Below are positions 10,401-23,019 of a DNA stretch of 64,000 bases, piece after piece. The stretch spans positions 310,001 through 374,000 of the forward strand of contig MU008169.1 of assembly GCA_010909165.1 (NCBI GenBank), given 5' to 3'. This stretch comes from Anthoceros angustus. Taxonomy: Eukaryota > Plantae > Anthocerotophyta. The translations under genes and the position numbers were made by a program. Each line of letters begins with the position of its first letter. Position 1 is the first letter of the stretch. The notes beneath the pieces were generated by a model. That model was given only the letters and a program-made list of their open reading frames with translations. It was not told where the DNA came from and made no database searches.

Positions 10401-12251
10401 AGGAAACCTTGTAAACAGCGGGGCTTCTCTGGAAGAGAATGAGAGGGTCTTCACATCCAAGTATTAAGAACCCCAGGTCCTGAGCAAAGGCGACTAACCT
10501 TGTTTTCCTTGCCCCCCTTCTCTCTATTAGCTTTCCACTCACAATCAATGCCGACAATTGTGACATCTTTGAAGTGGTCAGCAGCAGAAGCAAGACCCTC
10601 AGCAGAGTCCACAAAGTGAAGATTCTCCAGAGACATGATATTTGACAGTTGGACGTAGAGAGGTCTGCCAGCATCATCTTCCTTCAGCACTGTGAATAAC
10701 AAAATTGGACGATGGATTACCAGCACTAAGAAAAGGACCCAGAACAGCACTAGCAGAAGGCAAACAGTGCAACAATACCAAGATTTATGGTCTCACCAGA
10801 TTCACAAGCAGCATGCTCCAACTGAAATTGTTGGCAAAGACCAGCGACTTCACTAGTGCATCCCTCCTCTGAGGCCAGGCTCACCTGCAGTAGATTGGCC
10901 GGTCAAACAATTGTCAACGGACTCTGTGCAAATTGACTTCCACCTTCATTGAAGCAAACAGCTTAACTTTCACTCCGTTACCAAGTACTCCTCCAGATGT
11001 GCTTGAATTGCGATGGACTCTGCCACATCCCAAAGACCCTTGCCAACAAGTTTCCGGATGGAGCTAACCATACAAAAACAGTCAAATTAGTTGCCTCGCA
11101 GTTGCACAACCGCAATCCAGACACTGCTAGTAAACAATTAGGTACACTCAGGCCACCTCAGCTTTCAGGAAGAGAATCAAGCGTTCTCCAACATTGTCCT
11201 TATGATAAGTACCTCTGCCTGTATAGCTGATAAGCATCAGGAAAGATCTTGGCCAGGTTGTAGCGCTCGACCAGCTTGTAGGCAATTTTGTAGAGACCCA
11301 GGGCTGTGCACTGTTGCACAAGATAGCAGGACATATCCTTGCCTAGATGTGCTGCCCATTGTCCAGCAGCCTCAGGTTGGCCATGAGTAACCATGCTCAC
11401 CAGAAACTCCTGAGGCGTACAATCATGAAGGTCGAACTGCTTAAGAAGTGCCACTGCGCTGGTATAAGATTTCTCCTCGACAAGATTAAGTATAAACGGT
11501 TCCACCGTCGCCCTGGCTTTCTTTATTTTCTCTTCAGCGGTGCTATCCTCAATCAATACTTGGCCTATGTCAACGAGTTGTATCTGAAACACAAGTGCAA
11601 TCCTAACAACAACTCGAGAACCAAGTCTGGCACCACCAGCTACTGCCTTCACGAACAGCTGTGAAGCCAGCTTCCGGGCACACGACGCATCCGGTTCAGG
11701 CCTCTCTTCAGCACTCAAGTAATTGAGAGACGAAGTCAATAAATGACTGAGGCCTTCATTGAAGGGTGGCTCCATAGACAGTAGCACTTCTATGCATTGA
11801 ACAACGAATGTTCCTGGACCAGGAGGTGGTGCTGTTGGTAAAGCCTTGGTCACCTGTTGCCGAAGTACTCGAAATTTAATTCCAGCTTTGCCTTTCCCTT
11901 CAAAACCAACGACCAAACCAACACCCCGAGCATCACAACACAGAGCCACATCTCTGGTATGTCAATGGCTAAGGTGGAAATGCTGAAAATCACGACAGAC
12001 TCCCTCGCTGCATGTCCCATGCCAACGGCTTTTGCCATGAGATCTTCACACACTGCCTCAAATTCCGTGTGCTGCCGTGCCAGGAGCCCTCAGCAGCTCA
12101 CACAAATGCACGACGGCAACAAAATTCTGAGCCAGGATGCAAGAGGCATACCATCCACGTACGCCTGCTTCAAATTGTGGATGAACGTCGCGGGCGTAGC
12201 CTCGGACAGGTCCGGCATAAGGTAGCCAACCGCGGATCCCTCCTCTGCCAT
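7457..12251 (-). CDS. DEDDy 3'-5' exoribonuclease, ATRIMMER2 (At1g56310)-like, with a C-terminal extension carrying a dsRNA-binding motif
   Basis: Phase-consistent exons 12251-12152, 11897-11213, 11063-10982, 10884-10797, 10689-10499, 10389-10257, 10181-10042, 9851-9777, 9699-9589, 9489-8917, then predicted 8164-7945, 7831-7727, 7625-7559, 7478-7457. Motifs: PPGPGTFVVQC, LWDVAE, ExoI VGIDCEWK, VSILQVAT, GGLSGLTK, MSDWEQRPLS, ExoIII YAALDA. The exons below 8917 are inferred and the last one is the least certain. Confidence 0.85.
7945..8164 (-). other. Exon encoding a double-stranded RNA-binding motif (dsRBD)
   Basis: LKDELEALAHAAGLPAPLYRAVSWGPKRRLLFCCIIRVAGVHILGGATYRKRDAEFLAVQAALSYF follows the dsRBM pattern K..L.......P.Y....GP.....F...V.V.G......K..AE..A..AL. 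A pyrimidine-rich acceptor ends in CAG at 8165. Confidence 0.7.
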
Positions 12252-12773
12252 GCCGGCAAAAATCGTGCTCTCAACTCAAGAAGGCATCCAATTTGTGTGC
12301 AAGTGCGTTCCCGAGCAGGTTGCAACAACAGAGAGCGCAAAGCCGGTGCGGACGAAGGCGGAAAAGGAGGCCATGCAGCGACGCACTGCCCTCTGGCCAA
12401 TTGTAATAGAAAGACGCAAGTTTTAGACATCACGTTATAAAGTGATTTGACATGCTCATTTGCACGGTTCTCTGTGTGTACAGATGTGGAAGGTTGAGAA
12501 GCGAAACTCGGAACAAGCTCCTAGGCCATTTATGGGTTCAGCACAAGCACAAGGCTGGCAGGATATGTACTTGTTGCCTTCACGGTCGGGACAACTCACA
12601 ACTCATGTGTGTCCAAATGGCTTAGGCCAAATGGACACACATTATTCCTCTAAAAAAAAATGGACACACTTTTATAAGAACGTGCTTATTAAGCATCCTG
12701 CGCTTGGATCGGTACTTAGATGGGGTGTTTATAACGGGAATGCATGCCCTTGGTGCAAGTAGCTTAGCACATG

Positions 12774-13016
12774 ATGGTACAAGTTGTTAAGTATCAAGTC
12801 CCATGGTACAAGTTGTTAAGTACTAAGTCCCATGACGGAAATTCGTCTTTAGTGGACTTAAATAAAATTCTTCTTTTTCTTCTTCTTCATATGTAAGTAC
12901 AATAGTGGATTATTTGAGAAAAAAAAATTGATGAAAAAAGCTCAGCACAGGACAACCAAGGAAGACCCTCAAGGGTCATGGTGAAAAGGAAGACCCTCAA
13001 GGGTCATGGTGAAAAG
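12774..13016. repeat. Two short tandem duplications (29 bp x2 at 12774-12834; 28 bp x2 at 12958-13016)
   Basis: atggtacaagttgttaagta(tc/ct)aagtccc x2; ggaagaccctcaagggtcatggtgaaaa x2. Confidence 0.8.
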
Positions 13017-13693
13017 AAACAGCTAAGCTTTCAGTACATAGATACGTAGGTACTACCTATGATTTATGTTTATGTTTTTATTATAAAATATTTTTTATTT
13101 TTATTTTTTATTAAAGATATTCTACTTAGATACTTAGAAGGAGTTGTATTACTGAAAAAGCCTAAATGGTCGGCCCCCACTATTAGCTACTAGACATGCT
13201 AGGTTTTTCTGAGTGAACCGGTAAAGACATGAAACATGTAATGTAGTGTATATAATGTATCACGATAGTGGATCTATAACTTAATCTATTTAAATATATT
13301 TTTTGTACAAGACATTATTTCCATAATAGATAACTGTTAGCTAGAATAAATTTAAATATTATTTTAATTAAATAATTAAAATTATAAAACATATTACCTA
13401 TAGGTAGGCACTCGGAAGTTCTAAGTCCTTAGCCACCTACATATTTAAGTAGGATTTCCAAGATATGTTGGAGGGAAATTATAAAAAGAAAGAAAATTTA
13501 CATCGCACATGTTGGAGCAAATTTACATCGCCGATGTGGTTGTCACGGATCTCATGAGAGACTCTATATGCGAGCACGTCATCATCAACCCCCCGGGCTA
13601 GGCGGCGGAAGGAGGCACAACGAGCAAGACTCATAAGTACTCTCCTATGCAAGACGGCCATGTTTTCATCCCCTTGCCCTCCAGACTAATGGG

Positions 13694-13948
13694 GCTATGA
13701 GCAAGGATTTCTCTAGGTTGATTAAGGAGTGTGCAAAAGCCTATCATTATGGGCAAGGACTTCTCTAGGTTAATTAAGGAGTGTGCAAAAACCTATTGAT
13801 TTCTCTAGGTTGATTAAGGAGTGTGCAAAAGCCTATCATTATGGGCAAGGACTTCTCTAGGTTAATTAAGGAGTGTGCAAAAACCTATTGCTATGGGCAA
13901 GGACTTCTCTAGGTTAATTAAGGAGTGTGCGAAAGCATATCGCTATGG
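13694..13948. repeat. ~52-bp minisatellite, about 5 units
   Basis: Recurrent gcaaggacttctctaggtt(a/g)attaaggagtgtgcaaaa(g/a)cctat. Confidence 0.85.
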
Positions 13949-14499
13949 CTTCTTCTGTGGTGGCTTTCATTTGCGGCTTTACATGGTGGCTTCTTTCGCC
14001 GGTCCATAGTTCGCAGAAGCGTTGGGGGCCCTACGCGGGACTAGCGGCTTCTTGACACCGGTAAGTAGGTCCTTCATCATCCCTAATCACGATATCATTG
14101 GTGCAGTAGGTAGTTACAGGAAAGGCATTCGAGGGGACTAGGACTTCCCCTTTTTACTATTAACCCTTTTTAGGGATAGATGAGATTTCCCATCTCGCCT
14201 ATAAATAACGTCTACTCTACTCTTCATTTTGTGTGCACATATGTCATATATAATATGTCAGTATATGTGAGGGCATTATGTATATATGGGTCTGTCGAAG
14301 TCGGTAGATTCGAATAGATTTCACCAAAAAGAAGTGGCTTAGGAAAGAGAGCTTACGATTCAGCTTTCCAGGACGTCGTTCATCCAGAGCAACGTCAAGT
14401 ATCCCAGTGCACAAGTGCGGGTGTGCACTTACCTTGGCTTCCGTGAGTTGCTGCTAGAAAACCTGCCTCGTCCTGGGAGGAGGAGGCGCGGAGTTGAGA

Positions 14500-15108
14500 A
14501 TGAAGATTGCCGCGGTGGCCTCGCAAGCGCAGGGCGTTGTTGCCGCGGCGCATCCAGTGCACCAGGGAGGGGGGACGACGCGGCTGCGGTCCTCCTTCGT
14601 CGGCGAGCCTGTGAAGCCGAGGGGAGCGAGATGTTTTGCCGTGTGGAGCGGGGCCTCGGCCAGGGCGGCCTTCGCGGCCCCGCGGGCGTTGGTGGATGGA
14701 GCGACGCTGCAGCAGCCGAACTTCTACGAGCTGCTCGGGCTCCCGCAAGATGTGGCTCTCCCGGACATCAAGCTGGCGTACCGGCAGATGGCCAAGAAGT
14801 TTCACCCGGATGTGTGCCCGCCGGAGGAGTCCAAGCAGAGCGCTGAGAAGTTCATCGAGGTGCAAGCTGCGTACGAGACGCTGTCGGATCCCAGGAGGCG
14901 GGCCTTGTATGACCTGGAAATGGCCACGTCTCTCAGCGCCATCGCGTACGGGAGGAAGCGGTATGCGGATGCGCCTGATGCGGCCGTGTGGAAGGCGCAG
15001 TGGGAGGATCAGTTGTCGTCCTTGAAGAGGAGAGCGGCCGTGAAGAACGCCGCTGCCCCGGAGTCCTGGGGTGCCAAAATGCGCCGCCAGCGAGAGCAGC
15101 AGCAGTAG
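14500..15108 (+). CDS. Chloroplast small J-domain protein, J20/DJC26-like, intronless
   Basis: Ala/Arg/Ser-rich transit peptide; J-domain NFYELLG...IKLAYRQMAKKFHPDVCP...FIEVQAAYETLSDPRRRALYD; J20-type tail WKAQWEDQLSSLKRR...SWGAKMRRQ. Confidence 0.9.
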   Translation: MKIAAVASQAQGVVAAAHPVHQGGGTTRLRSSFVGEPVKPRGARCFAVWSGASARAAFAAPRALVDGATLQQPNFYELLGLPQDVALPDIKLAYRQMAKKFHPDVCPPEESKQSAEKFIEVQAAYETLSDPRRRALYDLEMATSLSAIAYGRKRYADAPDAAVWKAQWEDQLSSLKRRAAVKNAAAPESWGAKMRRQREQQQ

Positions 15109-16202
15109 CAGCTGTAAGCGACCCGGCGGATGGATGCTCGGGGTTGCTTGTGGAGTTTTTCTAGATCTGTAGCTCGAGTGCGATGTCCGAGCCAGCGGCC
15201 GCTCAGACGTCGGACTAAAGCTCTGTTTCTTTGATCTGCCTTGTTATGGCAGGAAATGTCGTAGCCGGGGCAGATTGTGGAAGCCGAAAGTGCTGTGAAG
15301 ATCCTGGACGCTAGTGTGCAGGAGTACTACACATTGGAGCTGCCAGGCTTGGATTCAGCTTTCTCTGTCTCCCGATTAGTTGTGTATCATATCCTGTTTC
15401 CCTTTTCCGTAGCGTCAGCCTGAAGTCTGTGGTGTGAGGCTTCTTTAGTCGTTACCAAAGGATTGTATTATATCCTTCATATTGCGTGGCTTCTAATTTG
15501 CAGATGTAACTTACCAAAGTCTTCTCTCCATTCTTTGTGTAAACGATTCTGTGATGAAAGGGCCCCAGGCCGCTAGGTTTTGTGTTGCAGGATTGTGGTG
15601 TCAACACACATTTCTGCATCAACTGGAGTGTTTTTCACGTTAACGCAAAGAAAAGCTCATTACCCCCAGTCGCTGCTGTTACAACACACCAAGTCTGTGA
15701 GTTATTTGCATCTGCCTTGAATTTCCCAAATAGCTCTTCACCCCAACAGCTTCCTGCGCAATGTTCGATACAAACGTGGCTTAGTCGGATAGGCAACGGC
15801 AGACCTTTGATGACATTGCTCAATGCACACTCCTAAAGGCTGTGCAATTTTAGGCGCATGTGGCATGCTGCGCACATCAAGAAGCGAGGTGAAGCGGGAA
15901 GTCGGGATGGAGGGAGTGGCTGCAAGTCCGAGGAGGGTCACGTCGACGTTGGAGTCGCGAGAGTCAGGCGTCGTAGCGTCAGTGTCAAGGCTCTCTCGTC
16001 ACGGCCGTACCTGTGGCCCTCCGTCCCGGACGCGCAGGGTCGTGTGGGGACAAGGGAGACAAGTACGTATCCTGTTACCAAACACCAGCTGTCCTGACTC
16101 ATCGCACATCCCGTGACGGCAATAGTTTATTGGCTATCGGTGACCTACATTATCTATGCGGCACATGGTTCCAGTAGCTTGTCTCGAAATTACGCGCTAT
16201 TT

Positions 16203-16884
16203 TCATTTGTTGAGTTCCAGACTTCGAGATGCTCCCGCTTTAATCTGCGCAACATTTCTACTCAGCTCCGCCTCTGTGAACGGGATTGCGGGATGTGCAC
16301 CCCAGACGGGACCTGGCCATGTCCTGTCGGTCTTGCGCCTCGGTACGATGTGGACATGGAGTTGTGAAACCTGAGCGGAAGAAGTGAAATAATACGTAGC
16401 GTCAGACTAAGACACCCCGCTCCAAGCCCCTGTGGCCGGAAACAGCCAAGGACACGCGACAAATACCTGCATTGCAACATCAACATCAGAAACGATTACT
16501 TACCACGTTGCCAAGGACTCCAACGTTAAGCTTGTCCGGTTTAACAACGTCGAGCAGAATTATGGAAGCCCGCTCAATCTCGTTCATAAGCAGCACCTGC
16601 TTCCAGAGCCAAGCCGCATCACCAAGGGCCGAATATTCATATTCCAGGGACCTGGTGAGAATTAGGAGATGCCATCTGACAGGTTAACGCACCTGATCTT
16701 CCCGCGAGAGATGCACGAGCTCCTCGACCCCAGCCCGCCGCGGCACCAGCACCAGCCAGCCAGGGTACTGCGATTCGTCCACCAGCAGCACCTCGCAGAG
16801 CGGCCAGGAATCTACCACAGCTTTGCCCTCCCGCAGTTCTTCGCGCATCACGAAACCCTTCTCATCCTCCGCATTGTTAGCCAT
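16203..16884 (-). CDS. HIT (histidine-triad) family nucleotide hydrolase of the bacterial QLHVH subfamily, 150 aa, 3 exons
   Basis: Exons 16884-16693, 16596-16504, 16370-16203 (phase 0, GT-AG) give ...WPLCEVLLVDESQYPGWLVLVPRRAGVEELVHLSREDQ/VLLMNEIERASIILLDVVKPDKLNVGVLGNV/VSQLHVHIVPRRKTDRTWPGPVWG... Confidence 0.88.
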
Positions 16885-17829
16885 GCTTTAGTTTCTCGAC
16901 GGAACGGGCCCTGCAGTTGCTCGTCTCCGTTAGGGCAGAGCCTCCCTGTCCTCTGTGCTTGCCTTGACGCAGGGCCAGATTGAGAGCAACGACAGGCAGG
17001 GCAGCACTGTACAACCTCGGAGCTGGATCTCAATATATCCACAAATATATGCTGCGTTGCTGACCTAACACATGGAGGTGTGAGTTTTTTGCGTCATAGT
17101 GAAGCATTTTTTGCTGCAATCCTTGCCCGCTAGACGAAGGTGCTGGTTGCGAAGAAGGAGGAGTCGAAATAGGCCGGTATAGAGTGGAGCAGTGGAGGAG
17201 AGCAAAATGGGCATCATATGGTAAAAACAGAAGACGTCTGTGTTCAATCGCCGGTCTCACTTCTTTGAGCTGACACACGAGTTTTGTGCCGTGGGACCAG
17301 GACATCGCCAACGAGGAAGCGTCCTTGCTTGTGATGGCGTGATGGTATCTCTTATCAAGTGGTTTTCTCGTGAGGGAAGGGTTCAGTGACGCAGTCCTTG
17401 ATGGACATGAGTTCATGATCCTGGCGCAGCATGTGAACGTGAAACACATTCAAGGCTACAAGGTTGCAATTATTTCATCTGCCTTGGAACAGAGGACACT
17501 GGCGGGTGATCCAAGATGTGTTTTACCGATGGCGTCATCAATTCAGTAACTGGAAATTTTATAGGTCATAGACCGCATCTTGAAAATGCCTTGTACATGG
17601 TCAGGAGCTCGGGCGTGTTTTACAGGATCAGCGATTGGCTTCTCCTGTGTCCAGGCCATGAAGCAGCATGCTTAAAACAGAGGAAGCAACAAGAAAACAG
17701 TTGGAAAGCATGCCTTACTTCCTCTCCTGGATATGTCGGGGGGCTGCTCAAAGAGATTCCTCGCGGGGCAAAGGGCAGGAAGCCTTTCATCTTTACAGGC
17801 TAGTATCAGCACACATCCGAGTTGTCAGG

Positions 17830-18432
17830 TCACAGCTTTCCTCTGGGCTGCTCCAAATCAAGGGCTCCGGTGCTGGAGGCCCTGGGCTTCGGCAGAGGAT
17901 CAGTGCCGGGCTGGAAGAGCTTTCCCCAACCAGAGTCCTGGCCAACCGTGCCTCTGCGCTCAGGCTTGATCACTGGGTTGTTGCACGCCACCAAGGTACT
18001 ATATTCTCCATCAGGCCCCTCTGCCAGCAGCGGAATGGCTGACCTAGCCCAGGAGTCAATTTCAGGCAAGGCAGGCTCGGGGTCACACTCCCACTCCGAA
18101 GGCGCACTGCCCTCGCACATGGAGTTCCAATGTTCCATCCTGTTCACATGTGACACGCACAGCATGTTCACCATCTGTGCCACAGTCACACATACTGCGT
18201 GGGCTACGTAGCGTGGATACAGGTCACCATCTTGGATGTGCTCCTCCACATTGTCCATCAAATGGTCTACCACGCCGCCTGCCAGCTCTAACTGCTCCTT
18301 CTTGGGGGCAGCGCCCTTGGCGCCCTTTTTGCTATCCGCTGCTGCACTTTTGTTACCAGGCCCCTTGCCTTCTGCTGCAGGTTCTTTGCTCACAGATTTC
18401 TTCTCCTTGCTGTCTTTCCGCTTTGGTGCCAT
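17830..18432 (-). CDS. Conserved protein resembling C2orf81/DUF4639
   Basis: 200-aa ATG ORF with a Lys-rich N-terminus (MAPKRKDSKEKK) and the motif EWECDPEPALPEIDSWARSAIP, matching the recalled W..D.EP....DSWA...VP signature of C2orf81. Confidence 0.6.
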   Translation of the reverse strand: MAPKRKDSKEKKSVSKEPAAEGKGPGNKSAAADSKKGAKGAAPKKEQLELAGGVVDHLMDNVEEHIQDGDLYPRYVAHAVCVTVAQMVNMLCVSHVNRMEHWNSMCEGSAPSEWECDPEPALPEIDSWARSAIPLLAEGPDGEYSTLVACNNPVIKPERRGTVGQDSGWGKLFQPGTDPLPKPRASSTGALDLEQPRGKL

Positions 18433-18756
18433 AGGAATTGGTCTTGCTTACCTCGCTCCTCCCTTTGCTTGGTACATGTGTGATCTTTGCTCCTTCTTTG
18501 ATTTCTATCTATCCTCTAATCCTTGAAACCCACACACAACTGCATTTGACAAGAAATCGAATCTTAACGCCAACTACGTACACGGCAGCTATCTTCATTC
18601 AAAGCGGATGAATGGGAGATCATCACCAAGCACAGAAAAAAGATTAATTTCATGTACCCAGAGGTCACGATCAAGCGGACAGCTATGTGCTAATAGCTTT
18701 AAAGAGTGGATCCGAAATCACTCAACTCAAAATTTCACATGGGTACCTTTTGCATA

Positions 18757-20332
18757 GGACAGTGCAGAAGAAGAACAGATCCACTCGAAGAAGAACAGAT
18801 TCACTCTCCTCCAAAATCGTCCCTTTTTATTAGGATAGTGTAGAAGAAGAACAGATCCACTCTCCACCAAAATCCTCCCTTTTTATTAGGATAGTGTGGA
18901 AGATGAGCAAAAGGTCACCTTACCTAGAGAATTATGTTCCAACTTCATAAAGAGTTGACCAAAATCATCTACTATCCTATCATATTAATGACCCTGAACA
19001 TGGGTAGTGCTTTTCATGAAGTCATAACCAAATCATAAAAATACCTGTATATCAAATTTTTATGTAATTTATTTATATAGATTATTTAATATATATACCT
19101 CGGTCTTGATATATGTGTGTAATTATTATTTTTATATTTATACATAAAACAGATCAATAGAAGAAGAATACTACCGAAGTATAATAAAGATGCCTCCTTA
19201 GGGCGTAGTATAGGAGGGCAGGGGCTGCTCTAGTAAATCATCTTTTCTTTTTTATATTTAAATAATATATTTAAATATTTAAATACGTATTATTAACTTA
19301 AATTGTCTAATTTGTATATACTTCTTGAAGTATTGTTTGTAATTGTATGTTTTTGCAATGCTTATATACAAGATACACGAGAGGAAGAATACTATAAATA
19401 TGTGTTAATTGAATTCAACTCAATTTAGTTTCAAATGGTGGCCTCATCCAAATAACCATTCAAAGGACTTAGCGTACCATAACCAATGACAACATCCAAA
19501 AAGACACAATCATTTTCCTAGTCTTATCCGTATGTTAATGTCCATTACAATAATCTTCAAAATGATTTAGATAAATAAAATTTTATTAAATTTTATTTTA
19601 AAATATCAATAATCTTAATCTAATTTATAGTCTTGAAGTATTTTATGTTTTAGAGATGGTTATACATTTAGGAAAGAATTAGGTACGTCATTACCCCGTA
19701 AGTTTATGACATTTCCAAACCAATTTTCTTTTCAAGTGTCAGTAATGTTAACATATATTGTCTAATGTACTCTTTAAGTATTTTGTATCTTAGGGATAGT
19801 TATAAACAAGAAAGATTGTAGGAACAATTCCATGATTACCATCTTGTACCGAAGAGGTACAACTCTTCAGACACAAGCTTTAAAAGCCCACCTTTTGTAA
19901 TCAATTGTATTAATTAGTAAAGCACTAAACTTTGATCAAACGCTTCCACAAAGCACCTTAAACTATAGCTCCTTCTTTTTCCTGAGATCCTTCTTAAGCT
20001 CTCTTTTTGAAATCAGCTGTACTGATGGAGTCTCACCGTTGTGGACAACCAAATGCCGAATAAATAATTTTTTAATATAAAATTCTTTTTGATTTATTAC
20101 TTATATTTTTATTTTTGAACAAAATAATTGTTTTTAATATCTTTGACCTCCTTCCTATTTCTTGAAGGAAACAAAACCAAGCCCTACTATAGATATCATC
20201 TAGATGTAGTTCATTTTTCATCATTTAAATAACATTATACAGTGGTTCTAGAATCATGCTATACTTTCTTTGATCTAGAGAATTATGTTCCAACTTCATA
20301 AAGAGTTGACCAAAAACCATCTACTATCCTAT
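18757..20332. repeat. AT-rich relic region: short tandem repeats (18757-18900) and a ~57-bp dispersed direct repeat (18924-18980 and 20275-20332)
   Basis: gaagaagaacagat(c/t)cactc occurs three times; ctagagaattatgttccaacttcataaagagttgaccaaaa..catctactatcctat occurs twice, 1.35 kb apart. Confidence 0.65.
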
Positions 20333-22251
20333 CGTCTTAATCGCTTAAAACTATTCTAATATTTGTTTTAAATTTAAAATATTTATAATTTATTATTAAA
20401 ATATTTATGGTTATTTTTATCTAATTTTATTTAATTTTAACATAAAATAGACCACGATGGATGGAAATTAATTATAGAATTAATAAGTCAAATATTTTAG
20501 ATATTATTTGATTATTATACCGAAATAAGAACTATTTTTGTTTTAGGTATAGACCCGCCACCCTACAATGCCGAACTGTCATCTAGGTAGATATTGCCGT
20601 AACACCACGACGGCCGCAACACCGCGGATGAGAGAGGTCGCCGTGACGCCTGCGACACCGGTGATGAAAGAGGCCACCCTTGGGATCGGAGGCTGAGGAG
20701 ATTGGGCCATTGCCACCAAGAGCATGATGTGGTCATGACGTGATTATAGTGATGTAATAACAGCAATCTTTTAAAGTTAATTACCGAATGATGTAGGTAC
20801 TTGATATCTATTTATATTTTAAATATATTTTTTATAATAGGTATATATTTAAATTGAAATAAAAATATCTAGAATATGCTGCCTAACCTGTCTAAAAATT
20901 TAAAATAAGAGTTTAGCAAAAGGTGCCTAACCGTAATATGCTCTATGGTATCTATTTCTATCTCATGGTGTACCATTCTGGGCACAAGAAAGTTTCTTTG
21001 TTTTTTCTTTTTTCTTTGTAATCGGGCCATCGTGGCCTAGTAGGCCAGAAGGCCTTTTCATGGGCGTGTTGACTTGTCTTGCATGGAAGTATTTTATTGA
21101 AGGCACACATAGGTGAGATGTTTTGAAGGATTGAGTTTCCCATGAAAGAGAATAGAGACAGACAACCCAATGGCCACCGTAGGCAACACTAAACCATGTT
21201 GCATGATGTCGCAACATTTGATCCTATTTAATTCTTTGTAGCCTTTTTCTTTTTCAAATCCTACAACAACAAGGTTATATTGATAACAAATGTGAGAATC
21301 AAATCTATGCTAGACACTTTTTGCAAAGTATGTATGAACCTACAAAGGCTAACCTGTGTAGGCTTGCAAAGGTCAACCTTGACAAAGACTTCAATTGTAA
21401 GCTATTGCCTCCTGGGTCCTGTACCAGCGTTGTTAACTTTCTCAAGGGTCTTTCACAACGAAACAACAAAAGGCAAGGTGGCTGTACTATCATAATAAAT
21501 GTTTTTAAAATGACCAAAATAAGGACTAACTGCGATGTGGCAGTCATAAAAGCACAGTCCCAGTTGGAAGGCGTTGTTCTGCGTTGTTCTGTAATTTATG
21601 ATTGGCACCGATTTGATGTCGAAACCCGACATCCACTAGACATGAACCCATTAACCCATTCCGCGGCTTCTACAAACAATGCTGTTAACTAGGCGTGAAG
21701 AGTCATTCCCTTTATGTTTCCGCATTGAACGGTGATTGCATAGTCCATCCATTTTGTTGGAAAGGCCCTGAATGATACGGTTGCGGAACTAGCATCTGAA
21801 GTAACGCACCACCCATGTTAAACTTTATCAGGATAATTACCAAAGAGTTGTTATTCTTGGCTTGGGCAACCTCTTTCAAAAAAATATTGTTCTATCCTCA
21901 GCGAATTCAGGCACGTAGAAGCGGCAAAGGCACGAATCATTCTGCAGAGTCACCTCACTTCCGGTGTTTTTGGATTGGCTGCAACCGCGCCTAAGAGAGC
22001 GAGAACGCGGGCATGGTAGCGGCCGGCACTGGAACGCGTTTATAGTGCCGAAGCTTTGGTCACCGTTACATCTCAGCAAAAGCCGTCTGTCTACCTCGCA
22101 GTGGCATCCACTCTAGGTGAGGTAAAGCTCGGGAGTTATTTTTGCCATGGCCCACATTCGCCACCTCGGCATCAAGGGAACGGAGCCGGAAACCATGCGC
22201 GGCTCGCGCGATGGACAAATGTCCTCACCTTCCTCCGATGCAAAGGTTCCA

Positions 22252-22728
22252 TCACGCAAGCTGTCGCGGCATTAATTCCCCGAAATCCTCATCGTCTGGG
22301 TCCAGTTCATTGGCCTGCTTCATTCGCTTGGCCTCCCGGGGCCCCGCTGTCCTTCCCCGCTTCTGCTTACTAACGCTTGCTGCTGCTTGCATGCCGGCAG
22401 ACTTGCCTCGCTGCAGGCCGTCTCCTAAAGATCCGTCCCCTCGGCCACCGAAATACTCCTCCCCTGTCGGCGCCGTCACGGAGGAAAGCGAGAACAGCCG
22501 ATCCTCCGCCTGAAACTTCCGAGAGCGCTTGTGGTTGGCGGAAGCCTTGGTCGACGACAGGAAGCCGTCGAAACCCTTGAGCACGTTCCCTAGATGTGCC
22601 GACTCCAGCAGGTAGCTCGTCTCCAGATCAAACACCTGCCTTTCCACCGCCCGCAGCTCCTCCTGCAGCTTCTCCCGCTTCGCCACCAGCGCCGCCAGCG
22701 ATGCTTGAGGCGACGGGTGCGGCACCAT
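22252..22728 (-). CDS. EAF6: NuA4 histone acetyltransferase subunit EAF6/MEAF6, intronless
   Basis: LAALVAKREKLQEELRAVERQVFDLETSYL...GNVLKGFDGFL...KRSRKFQAEDRLFSLSSVT. Confidence 0.93.
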   Translation of the reverse strand: MVPHPSPQASLAALVAKREKLQEELRAVERQVFDLETSYLLESAHLGNVLKGFDGFLSSTKASANHKRSRKFQAEDRLFSLSSVTAPTGEEYFGGRGDGSLGDGLQRGKSAGMQAAASVSKQKRGRTAGPREAKRMKQANELDPDDEDFGELMPRQLA

Positions 22729-23019
22729 CGCGCTCTCAGAACCCCCTCAAGCTTCCTCCATCAAACCCTAACGAGTTCTTCACTCACACAGGAGGCCCTC
22801 GTTCACTAAACCCTAGCTTAGCCTTTTCGACTCGATAACAAGCCGCTCGTTCACCCCACGCTCGAGCTATGTATGTATATGGGTGAGGCTCTACTAAGTT
22901 GAACACGTGGAGACACATCGACACATGACGCTTCATCGAGCACTTAGACCTAAATATATGGCGATGCAAGTGTTGTGACATGTACAGGTCTGGATTTTCT
23001 GTGCACTAGAGCAGCAGCC
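22729..23019. promoter_or_regulatory. Putative compact bidirectional promoter/5'UTR region between EAF6 and SLU7, with telo-boxes and a G-box
   Basis: Only 291 bp separate the divergent ATGs. AAACCCTAA at 22763-22771, AAACCCTAG at 22808-22816, ACACGTGG at 22903-22910. Confidence 0.55.

Noticed and set aside
19800-21700. Possible transposase or gene exons in the AT-rich block
   Set aside because: Only short stop-ridden fragments with no motif I can assign.
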